Source: Camelus ferus
Taxonomy: Eukaryota
DNA: 64,000 nucleotides
Reading direction: 5' to 3'
Assembly (NCBI RefSeq): GCF_009834535.1
Contig: NC_045697.1
Span: 113,028,001-113,092,000 of the forward strand
The notes beneath the pieces are model-generated. The model was not told where the DNA came from. It saw only the letters and a list, made by a program, of their open reading frames with translations, and made no database searches. Position 1 is the first letter of the stretch. Each line of letters starts with the position of its first letter. Shown here piece after piece: positions 24,262-35,690 of this stretch. The translations under genes were made by a program, and so were the position numbers.

Positions 24262-24620
24262 TGTTACACAAATGAATTAAAGGTGGTCCCGTATAAAGCT
24301 GTATCTTGTTTATTTCTTCGCAGCAGGCTTGGACCCAGCAGCTTAAAAGCCTGATTGGTGCCAAACTTACATTTTCACAATCCAATCTTTTGAAATATAG
24401 CTCCAAAGGGCAGATGTTTAGCCATTTAGAGTTTCCCCGCTTTGCATACCCTGTGAAGCATCACCCTTCATCTGCCAGCCATAGGTGCGGTCAACCCTGG
24501 GGCTGTTAAAGACAGCAAGCCACTGTGTCTCTTCAGAGTTCTCTGTTCCAGAGTCTCCCCCATGCTGCTGATTGATGCCACCTAGACCCCTAGTCCCTCT
24601 CCAAACTCTTCTCTGATCCC
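24262..24620 (+). mobile_element. Old ERV LTR remnant
   Basis: TG start; gctttgcataccctgtgaa and ggggctgttaaagac (TATA-like region) motifs of ERV1-class LTRs. Confidence 0.45.
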
Positions 24621-25224
24621 CTGTCCCCCCTTCAGGACAGTGGCTCCACCACCATCACCTTTGGAAGGTACCAGCACTGAGCGACTTTCCCCGCCCCATG
24701 CAGATCTGTCCATGGCTCCCGGGTAAAGCTCACGTTGCGCCAGTGCCATCTGGTGGCCACATCCTTGAGCTCACTACACTATCTGATCTATTATCATTAT
24801 TTTCGGCTATTTCAAAAAAGAATTTTTTAAAAATCTGCAGGTACCTATGTGGGAAATGTTCTGGACTTGTTAAGTAGAAAAAGTGAGTCATATGACAGGG
24901 TGCATAATAAATCCCACCTGGAACAAAATGCAGAAAAAAGACAGCACAGAAAACATCAGGAAGCATGACAATCAACTGTTAATAGTTTACGAGATCAGGA
25001 CTGAGCCGGGGAAGCTCGGAAAATAACCTTTCACTCTGTTCTTCTCTAGTGTTGGAACTTTTTACAGCAATCTATCTTAAAACTTTTCCAATTAAAAAAA
25101 AAGGAAATAGAGAAAAGCTGGATTTGATGATTAAATTGGTCAAAGCTGATGGTGTCATTAGAGATGTGTTGATGCAAACAAAAATATAAGGGCCGGTGAT
25201 TGCTTACAGTGCTAGTGTGCACGC

Positions 25225-25770
25225 GCTACCCCACAGCACCTTAGAATGTGACTTTATTTGCAAACAGGGTCATTGCAGATGTGGTTCATTAAGACGAGGT
25301 CATCACTCAAGGTGGGGCCCTAATCCAGTATGACTAGTGTCCTGATTAAAAGAAGAAATTTGGACATGGATGTGCGTGAGGGAGGACACCATGTGAATAT
25401 TGGACTCACACTACAATAAGACGGGTGTTACAGTTTGAACTGTGTCCCTTCCCCCCGACCCCCACCCAGAAGATGTCTTGGAGTCCTGACCCCTACCTCA
25501 GAGTGTGACCTTGCTGAGAGATAGTGTTTCCAGAAGCAGTCAGATGAAAAGGAGGTCGTTAAGGTGGGCCCTAGTCCAAAATAACTGGTATCCTTATAGA
25601 CAGGGGAACTTGAGGCCCTGAGACACGTAAGAGGGAAGGGGCCGCAGGAAGAAGACGGCCAAGGGGAGAGGCCTGGCCTGGATCCAGCCCTCACCGCCCT
25701 CAGGGCAACCCTGCTGTCACCTTGATGGGGCCCTCCAGCCTCCAGAGCTGAGATAGTCCCTTAGCTGCTG
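25225..25770 (+). mobile_element. Two adjacent or nested MLT1 LTR fragments
   Basis: Repeated MLT1 motifs agaatgtgactttatttg, ggccctaatccagtatgactagtgtcc, ggccctagtccaaaataactggtatcctta. Confidence 0.7.
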
Positions 25771-26889
25771 TTTTGGACCCCCGCACCGACCTGACCCCCA
25801 CTGCCGCTGTGCATTGTCCTCTGTCCTCGCAGACCTAGCAAACATTCCCCAAGCAGGTCTGCTGCTTTCCCCCCTTCTTGTTCTCCATCTTGGCAGATAA
25901 TTCTGCTTGCCAGCATCATATTTAATGTCCAGATCTATATACACATACACATATATACATATATAATTTCTGGAGTCACAGGTGAATTTCATTCACTTTA
26001 TAATCTCCATTACACGCTAAATTAACCGGACAGAAAATTTAAACAGAACATTTGGCAACTGATCTGAAAGAAAGAACGTAAATAATTGGAACACAAAGAA
26101 GTCCCAAAGGAAACCGTCACTCTAATTGCTTCTGGCAATGTGATTTTCCCTCTCGTAATCCGTGTTTATGATTCACAAATGGTCTTCTAATTTCCTGCTA
26201 CACTTTTGTACCACACGTGTAGCAAACAGCGAAGTTCTCAGCCACAGCTTTTCAGACACAGGAGTTTTCCATCAGTGTTTCTGAAGTCAGAGTTTCACTC
26301 GCCTGGCCCAGGATGCACTGGAGGACTGGCACTGCCTATGCGCCTCCCGGGACAGTCTCAGGACCGCGTTCTTTGTGGCGGTAACAGCACAGAGAACACC
26401 CTGGTGAAGTCCTGACCACCTCACTCGGCCACCACTACCAAGTCTCGCCTTCCCCATGTCCATTTTCTCTCTCCCAACACCATGGGGACAATTTTCCCCA
26501 ACACGGCCATGGTCAGGACAGTCAGATGATGCAAATCTTTCCACAGCAATTCATCCTCAACCCAAAAGCAAAAGAACAAAACAAAACTCAAAAACAACTC
26601 ACTTGGCTCTGTTTCAAGCCCTTTTCAAAATCTGACTTCCTGCTTTCCCCCCGACTGTTCTCAGCGTGAATCTTCCCTTCCCATCAGATCAGAAACTCCC
26701 TCTCTCTGCTCTCAGAACTGTGGTCTTGACCTTCTGTCATATTTACACTCACCAAAATCATACCCATGCTCCAAATCCTGGGTCAAAGCTCACCGCTTCA
26801 ATGACGACTTCCCTGGTTACTAGCTGAGAGTAGTGTTTGTGTCTCTGCCCTGGTATCACACCTGGCACCAAAGGGCATTTGTCATCATG

Positions 26890-26911
26890 TGTATATATGT
26901 GTGTGTATATA

Positions 26912-26967
<56 letters not shown>

Positions 26968-27182
26968 TATATGTATGACTGAATCTGTACACCAGAAACT
27001 AACACAACTTTGTAAATCAACTATACTTCAATTAAAAATCAATGCTGTTCTGCAGGGAGGGCATAGCTTAAGTGGTAGAGCGCATGCTTAGCATACACAA
27101 GGTCCTGGGTTCAATCCCCAGTACCTCCTCTAAAAATAAATAAAAGTAAACCAAATTACCTTCCCCCTCAAAAAAAAAAAAA
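26890..27182 (+). mobile_element. L1 3' end with (TA)n/(CA)n tract, followed by a Vic-1-like SINE (27055-27182)
   Basis: gtatgactgaatctgtacaccagaaactaacacaac; then ggagggcatagcttaagtggtagagcgcatgcttagcat...ggttcaatccccagtacctcc and a polyA tail. Confidence 0.85.
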
Positions 27183-29539
27183 TACATGTTCTGAAGCTAT
27201 GATAGAATAGTTAGAATGAGACTTACCCTGTAGCCATAAACACCCGCAAACGTAGACACACTACACAAAGCAACAGCAATGTTCATACACTGGAAAACAG
27301 GCAGCACAGGACTGTGACCCCAAACAAGAAAACAAACAAGGTAAACCACATCCTCCTCCTTCCTGAGGCACTGCCTGGACAGCCCTGCAGAGAAGGCTAC
27401 CTTACACAGAGCAGAGCAGGCAAACAACCTGCCGGCAGTAAACCAAACAGTCCCCAGCTCCCACAGGGCTGACCCACACATCTGAAAGCTGACCACAGTG
27501 GAGGGTCCTTGCTCAACACTCGGGGCCATCGGTGGAGACCCGACGATTATGGTTTTGTATTAACACAGAGTGAAGCACACTTTGCATCTGTCTTAATGAA
27601 CTTAAACATTTTTAAAGCACCAAGCTGTCTGCTCAAATGAAGTCCAATACTCTTTAAAAGAGATTTAATGAACTAAAATACAGCACCTCCTCCAAGCGAT
27701 GTCCAGCATTTAATTCTTAAAAAATTAGAAGCTATTTCCCCAGAAGTCCCATGGACCACTTCTGGCTATTTTTACTTTCCCTTCCGTAGCTATTTGTATT
27801 AGTGATCCTGTTAGATTTTCTTTTCACTTGAAGTACACACTACAAAAAGTATTTTTTCATATAGTGAGAAAAAATTATAGTGAAAAATTTAAACAAAGGT
27901 AAAACAAAATATGTGCTTATGGATGTATGTGTTTATTTATAACAGACCTTAAATCAGGGGTAAAAACTGGCAGTCTGAAGATACATTTTCTCCAATGAAA
28001 TGTTCACAAGTTTTTCAGTTTTGAATGCCTTCAGGTGGGCTTGTATTCTCCAGTTTGTCTAGGTCCCTCCAGCCCTGCATTCCTTTACTCATGGTAACTC
28101 CCTGATCCGGTAGGTACCTAGGTTTGCTAATCCTTTTTTTATGTGGATAAAACAAAATTAATAAATGAATAATTTCCTCCTATTTGCAGACAATGTTGGA
28201 CTGTCTTCCAAAATGACTTCTAAAATGAGTAATGGACTTTGCTCCAAGACAGCTGAATTTTTGGCATGTTGGCTTAAAAACTGTGGGCTGGCCTCTTGTC
28301 AGTAACAGCCTCTTCTAAAAGCGGAAAATAGAATGTGATATCGTGGCTTTGATTTATTTGACTAACTTGTGTTCACAGCTTCATTGGGTGATCTGCATTA
28401 TCAAATGATGCATACTTTATACTTACATGGTTATTTTCAATTTAAATATTTAAAAATATTTTAAAAGACTAAAAATGCCTACCAGAAATATTAATAATTT
28501 ATACATAAATTTCTGTTCCCTCCTCTAAAAAAAAAATCTCAGAACACTTTAAAATATTTTACAGATAATTTGCAAAACACTATTTTCTAGGTCGTAAAAA
28601 AAAAAAAATCCACAGTCTCACACAACATACGGAAATTCACACTCATTATCTAGGGTATTAAATTTCCAAGACTGCATTCTGTTCTTAACAAAATTGACCT
28701 TTACTAATGTTAAAAACTTTCTGCTTAATACTTTGGGAGATAGTTGTGCAATACTTTAAATGAATGGAAGAATTTGGGAACTTTAAAAGAAATATTAAGT
28801 AGTTCTTATTTCTCCCATTTTTCTTTCAGATGAACACTGCCTCACAGATCGTTTTAATATTATCATGTTTACCAATTGTTTGGATTTACTAGAGCTCTTG
28901 TCAGCCAAAATAATAGTGAGTTACCTACATTTATATTAAGTGCTTTCCTGTCAGCCCCTCGTAGTTTGTTATTATGATGCTGTGAATATTTTTATCTCTA
29001 ATTCCCATCTTTCCTCCCAGTCCTACTTAAGTATGTCTTTATTTTCTCTTCCTTTATTTGTCTAAAAAGATAAGCAAGCATTAATTTGCAAAAGGCATGT
29101 GGAATAATACAAGATGACCTCTGAAGGATTTTTCCGACTCTAACATTCCTTCAGCAAGTCTTAAAATCTTGTCAGTGTCAGATCATTATGGTTTATTCTA
29201 AATATATTCTTAAAAATAAAAACGGTAGAAACAGTTTAAATGGCAAATAATATTTCAAATTTTTTTCTGAGATACAATGTAGCAGATATATAAAAAGTGG
29301 CAAGACTCCCTGAGTTAGTTGTTTATAACCTGATTAAAAATTGAAACTATCTGGAGAATTTTCAAGATTACATATGCCTTGATCCATCACCCAGAAATTA
29401 TGATTTAATTGCTTTGGAGTGGACATGAGATTCATTTTTTTAATTCCTCAGATGATTTTAAAGTACAACCAATTTGGGAACCACTGACCTCAGTCTGTCT
29501 GAAGATTACTGGCTCTTAACTTTGACTAAACATCAGAAT

Positions 29540-29937
29540 TGTCAAACAATAAAGTATCAGGGCAGCCAAAAACAAAGAGCTTTATTTGGGGTCTTAGGAA
29601 TTGCAACTCCAGAGACACAGATTTGGGTAAAACCAAAAGTCTTCAGGGGAGAGAAAGAGGGCCTTACAAGGGTAAAAGCCACAAGGTTATTAAAGTCAGC
29701 TGGCAAGGATCATGATTGACACTGGTGCAAGAAGGAGGCATTTGTCCTTAAGGGCTGGGCTGTCAAGAGTTATTCAGGGTGAGGGTCCAATAAGCATCTT
29801 GATTTCTGGAACATTGGGCAGATGTTCTGGATGCCGGCCTTAAGACAATAAGTGGTCAAATCACTTCCTCAATGGCCTCCTGCTCCATTTTAGAGCTCTC
29901 TTAGCAAAGACCAACTTCATTTAATTTTCCTTACACA
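29540..29937 (-). mobile_element. Solo ERV LTR (398 bp) with 4-bp TSD, nested in a MER5-like element
   Basis: GAAT|TG...CA|GAAT (29536-29539 and 29938-29941); MER5-like sequence continues on both sides (about 29508-30075). Confidence 0.75.
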
Positions 29938-30669
29938 GAATCAACAGGTGAATTAAAATACAGCATCCCAGACTCTAGCCCCTTAGATTTAAATTTGGCT
30001 TGTCTGGGGGTGGAGTCCAGGCATTTTTATTTTTTGCTTCCAGTGTGATGACTTTAATGTGAAGTCAGTGCTAAGCATTATTGCTCAAGAATCAAGCTAT
30101 TTATCGCAGCAGCATGGAAGTGGATATATTACTGTCATTGTGTTTCTGGTGTTTTTGATAAGCTATAACCCTTTGCTGCTAAAAGTGCTCAATGGTACAA
30201 GTTTAGTTTTATTAAAAAAAAAAAAAGCCAGTAAATTAAGTTTTTAAAATCTATTACTAGTGACAATATTTTAGGGTACACTGGGGAAATTGCAGTTCTA
30301 GACACCCTGCCACTCAGTGGTTTTAGATTTGACCTTCCTGGAACTTTTGGTCAAATGAGTAATCACATTTCTGTCTATAAATCAGAGTCAGAATTTTCAG
30401 CTGCTCTAGAAAGTCTCATTGACATAATGTTGCCGTAGTGGGTTAGACTGAAGGTGACTCTGGATCACTCCCGTTAACGCTTTACAGTGGAACAGAAATG
30501 ATGTCTCGGCCGACCATCAAGGCAGGAAAAGACAGCACGACCTCAACACACAGCTTCCCAAACACACGGGCAGACCAGGGTCCCCTTTTGAATTTACAGC
30601 AAGAGGAAAGGTATAAAGATATTTAATAATAATGTTGAGCATGCAAGTGACTAAACATTAAACATCCAC

Positions 30670-30976
30670 TCACCGGACGGGGGCGGTGGGGCGGGGCAGG
30701 GACCTCGCGCACCCCTCTGTCTGGAGAGCAGTTTCCCTGCGCGCTGTCACGTGGCGGGACTGCCGAACTTCCTCAAGGAGGCGGGGCCAGGGTGCTGTCA
30801 CGTGACAGCACCGTCCCGCTTCTTTCCTCAGGGAGGCGGGGCGAAGGTGCACAGTCACATGACGCCAGCCGCGAGCTCGAGTTCGTTTACCAGGAGGCAG
30901 GGGCGGGGCGCGCTGTCACGTGACGGGACCGCCAGGCACGACCGTTTGCTCCGCAGGAAGCAGGGCGGGCGCCGCC
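30670..30976 (+). promoter_or_regulatory. TKTL2 CpG-island promoter with four GC-box/E-box modules
   Basis: CACGTG at 30748, 30799 and 30917; CACATG at 30856; each has a GGCGGGGC-type box upstream; Kozak GCCGCCATGG. Confidence 0.8.
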
Positions 30977-32851
30977 ATGGCCGACAACGGCCCGCCGGAC
31001 GCCGGCACCGTGCAGGTGCTGCAGGACCTGGCCAACCGCCTGCGCATCCATTCCATCAGGGCCACGTGTGCCTCCGGCTCCGGCCACCCCACGTCGTGCT
31101 GCAGCGCCGCCGAGATCGTGTCGGTGCTCTTCTTCCACACGATGAGGTACAGGCAGACGGAGCCGCGGCACCCCGACAACGACAGATTCATCCTCTCCAA
31201 GGGCCACGCAGCGCCACTCCTCTACGCCGCCTGGGTGGAGGCGGGCGGCGTCGACGAACCCGACCTGCTGAACTTGAGGACAATCCACTGTGACCTGGAG
31301 GGGCATCCCACCCCCAGACTGCCGTTTGTCGATGTGGCGACAGGGTCACTGGGGCAGGGGTTGGGGGCCGCGTGCGGCATGGCTTATACCGGCAAGTACC
31401 TGGACAAGGCCGGCTACCGCGTGTTCTGCCTCATGGGCGACGGCGAATCTTCGGAAGGCTCTGTCTGGGAAGCGTTGGCCTTTGCTTCCCACTACAGTTT
31501 GGACAATCTTGTGGCAGTCTTCGACGTGAACCGCCTGGGACAAAGTGGCGTCACGCCCCTGAAGCACTGCACAGACGCCTATCGGAGTCGCTGCGAGGCC
31601 TTTGGGTGGAACACTTACTTAGTGGATGGCCACGATGTGGAGGCGTTGTGCCACGTGTTTTGCCAAGCAGCTCAAGTGAAGAACAAGCCCACTGCCATAG
31701 TTGCGAAGACCTTCAAGGGCCGGGGGATTCCAAACGTTGAGGATGCAGAAAATTGGCATGGAAAGCCAATGACAAAAGAAAGAGCAGAGGAAGTCATCAG
31801 ACTCATTGAGAGTCAGATCCAGACCAATCGGAATCTCATTCCAAACCCCCCTGTTGAAGGTTCCCCTCAGATCAGCATCACGAATATAAAGATGAGCTCT
31901 CTGCCTGATTATAAAGTGGGCGACAAGATAGCGACTCAGAAAGCATATGGTTTGGCTCTGGCTAAACTGGGCCGTGCAAATGGGAGAGTTATTGTCCTGG
32001 ATGGTGATCCAAAGAATACCTTTTGTGAGATATTCAAGAAAGAACACCCCGAGCGTTTTATTGAGTGTTTCACTGCAGAACAAAACATGGTAAGTGTGGC
32101 GCTGGGCTGTGCCACACGTGGTCGAACCATCGCCTTCGTTACTACCTTAGCTGCCTTTTTGACCCGAGCATTCGATCAGATCCGGATGGGAGCCATCTCT
32201 CGAACCAACATCAATCTCATTGGTTCCCACTGCGGGCTGTCGGTGGTTGCGGATGGACCCTCCCAGATGGCCCTCGACGATATAGCCATGTTCAGAAGCA
32301 TTCCCAATTGCACTATTTTCTATCCGAGCGATGCGGTCTCAACAGAGCATGCTATTTATCTGGCTGCCAATACCAAAGGAATGTGCTTCATTCGAACCAG
32401 CGGACAAGACACCGCAGTTATTTATACCCCAGGAGAAAATTTTGAGATCGGACAGGCCAAGGTTGTCCGCCACAGCAGTAATGACAAAGTCACAGTTATT
32501 GGCGCTGGAGTTACCCTGCATGAAGCCTTAGTGGCCGCTGATGCTCTTTCTCAACAAGGTATTTCTGTCTGTGTCATTGACCCGTTTACCATTAAACCCC
32601 TGGATGCTGCCACCATTATCTCCAAAGCAAAAGCCACAGGTGGCTGGGTTATCACGGTGGAGGAGCACTGCCAAGAAGGGGGCATTGGGGAAGCTGTATG
32701 CGGGGCTGTCTCGGGGGAGCCCGGCATCCACGTTCATCAGCTGGCAGTGTCCGCAATGCCTCCAAGTGAGAAACCTAGTGAATTGTTAGATACGTTTGGA
32801 ATCAGCGCTAGACACATCATAGCGGCTGTGAAAAATACTTTAATGAACTAA
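30977..32851 (+). CDS. TKTL2: Transketolase-like protein 2 (intronless retrogene), 624 aa
   Basis: Single-exon ORF with perfect Kozak; [27 protein letters not shown]...DVNRLGQS (ThDP motif), WHGK, AEQNMV, SHCG...DGPSQMA; divergent to TMA16 as in human. Confidence 0.97.
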   Translation: MADNGPPDAGTVQVLQDLANRLRIHSIRATCASGSGHPTSCCSAAEIVSVLFFHTMRYRQTEPRHPDNDRFILSKGHAAPLLYAAWVEAGGVDEPDLLNLRTIHCDLEGHPTPRLPFVDVATGSLGQGLGAACGMAYTGKYLDKAGYRVFCLMGDGESSEGSVWEALAFASHYSLDNLVAVFDVNRLGQSGVTPLKHCTDAYRSRCEAFGWNTYLVDGHDVEALCHVFCQAAQVKNKPTAIVAKTFKGRGIPNVEDAENWHGKPMTKERAEEVIRLIESQIQTNRNLIPNPPVEGSPQISITNIKMSSLPDYKVGDKIATQKAYGLALAKLGRANGRVIVLDGDPKNTFCEIFKKEHPERFIECFTAEQNMVSVALGCATRGRTIAFVTTLAAFLTRAFDQIRMGAISRTNINLIGSHCGLSVVADGPSQMALDDIAMFRSIPNCTIFYPSDAVSTEHAIYLAANTKGMCFIRTSGQDTAVIYTPGENFEIGQAKVVRHSSNDKVTVIGAGVTLHEALVAADALSQQGISVCVIDPFTIKPLDAATIISKAKATGGWVITVEEHCQEGGIGEAVCGAVSGEPGIHVHQLAVSAMPPSEKPSELLDTFGISARHIIAAVKNTLMN

Positions 32852-33612
32852 AATAGGCGATTTCTTTAAAAGTCCGTCTGTTGGCATGAGCCTTAAAACA
32901 CCGGTATGTTTCTGTTACTTTGATGATTGTTGTTACAAAGCTGTCATTTGTATCTTTCCCGTTGTGCCTTAGTTTGTTGGTTTTTTTCAACAAAGCCATG
33001 TAACACCTTTCTTCATTCCTAATTCAGAAATTCAAGTCAACGATCTTTCTCTTAAGCTGTGAGTATGTATACAAATGTCACTATCACTTTTGAATTATTA
33101 AAGTAAGTGATAATATTTTCAGTTGCAGAATAGTAAACAAAACAACCACCTAAGGGAAGTTTCCTGCTAAGACTGCAAATCATTGACTAGGCTGGAATCA
33201 ACGTAGGGGTAACAGTTTCTTAAATGTGTGTAATTTCTTTGGATGGAAAGAAGATGTGAATTTAATTGTAGACTTCGGAAGCCTAGGTTTAGAAGTGAGT
33301 GTGAGCTTTCATGTAATGCCATCCTCCCTGCAGCTTCTGGGATAATGTTTGACTTCAGTTGCCTTGGAATTTCCTCCGAAGTTTGCCTTCATCTCTCCTG
33401 CAGTTTAGAGACTGAAGGGCAGCGATAAAATCTCTGCTGATGTACTTGCAGTGAAATTGCAGTGACTTCTGTAAAAAGATAAAAGCCTGACTAGTTCTAC
33501 TTTGCATGCTACACTGTATTGTGAGGTTTCAGAAATATTTCATTTTCTCAGTGACCAAACTGGATCACTAACTTGATTGTATTCGTCTTCCTTAGTGGAG
33601 ACTAGAGTATGT

Positions 33613-33618
33613 AATAAA
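33613..33618 (+). terminator. Candidate TKTL2 polyadenylation signal
   Basis: AATAAA about 760 nt after the stop codon, followed by GT-rich sequence (tttgtgccgtgtgc); usage not demonstrated. Confidence 0.5.
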
Positions 33619-34329
33619 GCACTTAAAACCCAGTAGCTCTATTCAGTTTGTGCCGTGTGCATGTGACTTGCTTTCTAGCCTGATAAGCAAGAAACTCCCC
33701 TCTAAACCAGAAACAGAATGAGGCGTGTCCCCGCAACAGTAGTCCTGGAAGTAAGTCTGAGCTGGAGAAACATCACTAGAGAAAAACGTGTGTACTGAAG
33801 AGCCATCTCTTAAGCAGGCCCCTCACTTTTCACTGTGTGCATAGATTTTGTGGCTGGAATATAAGAACAAAGTACCAGTCATCAAAGTTCAAAACTAAAT
33901 TTAAAATTACTCTTTGTCAGGTAATTAGTTCCTTATTTTTATTGCTTTCTTTTAAGTGTCCTCGTTAAGTTCTTTGGAGGCTTAACCAATTTGTCTCAGG
34001 GTTGTTGTTCTGGAAGGTATGGTAGAGACCAGGAATCACTGACTTGGGAATCAGAGAAATTGGGGCCTGCTTGGGACAATAGTCACACTGCCTTTTTTCT
34101 CTGAGCTGGTTCTGCTTTTTCCTATTGCAAATTGATCATGATCATCACTCTGTTTATTTCCTAAGATTTAAGGATAATTTTGTAAAAATAAAAACAGTTG
34201 CTATAGTATTACTATAGGATACAAATATCCAAAAAAAGTCATCTCAGCCAAAAAAAAAAAAAAAAAAAATCCATGTAATTGTATTTGCTAGCACGGGATC
34301 TCTGCTACTTGTCAATTTTTAAATATTAT

Positions 34330-35690
34330 TGTATTCTTCAGCTCTGACAGGTTCTTTTCAAATTTTTGTTCCTTGTGAAAATTCTTGCTGTGTTCATCTA
34401 TTCTTCTCCCCAGTTCAGTAAGTATTCTCATTACTAATGCTTTCAACTCTTTTTTTGGTAAATTATTTATTTCTGTTTCATTAGTTGTTTTTATGTGTTT
34501 TCTCTTACTCTTTCAGTTGAAACAAATTCCTCTGTCTTCTCATTTTGCTTACCTTCCTTGGCCTCTATGGAATTAGTATAAAATAGTTACCTATTGCAGT
34601 CTTGAGGGGGTATCCTTTTACGGGAGCATCCCTTCGCAGTCTTCATGTGCCCTGTTGGTTTGGTAAGAGAGCATGAGTCATGTGTTTCCTCATGGTGCGC
34701 TGGCAGCTATCAACTTGTTAAGAGGTGGGGCTGGAAATAGAGGAGCCAGGGCAGGAGCCAGGGCTTCTCTCCTGCTCAGTGGCCACTACCACCCTACTGG
34801 GGTTGGGGTTGGGTCCCAAGTTGCTGGAGCAGAAGTTCTGGGAGCTTGTAATTATTCTGAAATGGCTCTGGTCCCTCTGAGTGTGTGCTCCTGCCCCTCC
34901 CAGCACCAGTATCACTGCCCCAAAGGGGATCAGTACTGGAGCAAAAGGGCCCAGAGTGGTTGGTTAGTGTGGTTCAGGGCCCAGGCTTTGGCAAACTCAG
35001 CCCCAGACTGAGTCCTGGACAACTTCTGATGTCCTGCCTCCAAAAGCTTCAGTCATGGCTGCTCCCACCCCATTCAGACACTGTTCAGGGTCCAAGCCTG
35101 CTCTGTCCCTCACAACTCACCCTTCTCTCAGCTGCAGAAGCCTTTGGTCCAGTGTAGAGCTACTTTCCGAAGCAACTGGGGCTAGAGAGGGCAATGAGCT
35201 CTGCTGGGGCAGCAGCGAGAAACTGGCCAGAGTCCCAGGCAGTTTCAATCTTCTTTCTCAACCTTGTTTGGGAGTAAGAAAGCATGTGTGTGCTCTTCGT
35301 GAGCAGAGTCTAGGTTTCTTACAGTCCTCCTGTTAGTCCCACTGGTTTTCTAACCAGCTAACTGGACTTGTCTCCCTGGTGTTGGACCCTAGGGCTAGGA
35401 TACCCGAAATGTGTCTTGAACTGCTCACTCTCCAGAGAGGACCTCTGCCCGTGGCATGCCCTTCCTCTTCTGAGTTTCCTCCCAGGGACACAGGTCCCAA
35501 CCCATTCACTTGTCTTCCCTTTCCACCTGCCTACATGTGTATCCTTGCAGCCTTGGTTGCACAGGAGCCTTTCTGCCAGTTTCTAGTTAGTTTTCAGTGA
35601 GAAATGTTCCACATGTAGATATATTTTTGGTGTATTTGTGGGGGGCAATGAGTTCTGCATCCTCCTACTCCTCCATCTTGATCTTGCTCA
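34330..35690 (-). mobile_element. L1 5'UTR and start of ORF1
   Basis: Minus-strand start agatcaagatggaggagtaggagga near 35685; T-rich ORF1 antisense at 34330-34570. Confidence 0.7.

Noticed and set aside
30920..30976. 19-aa N-terminal extension of TKTL2 in the ORF track
   Set aside because: It starts at a GTG inside the promoter E-box; the ATG at 30977 has a perfect Kozak context and matches the family N-terminus
30751..32789. Alternative-frame and antisense ORFs overlapping TKTL2
   Set aside because: Shadow ORFs of a GC-rich coding sequence
34250..34269. A-run as the retrotransposition tail of TKTL2
   Set aside because: TKTL2 is an old retrogene unlikely to keep a pure tail, and no TSD was found
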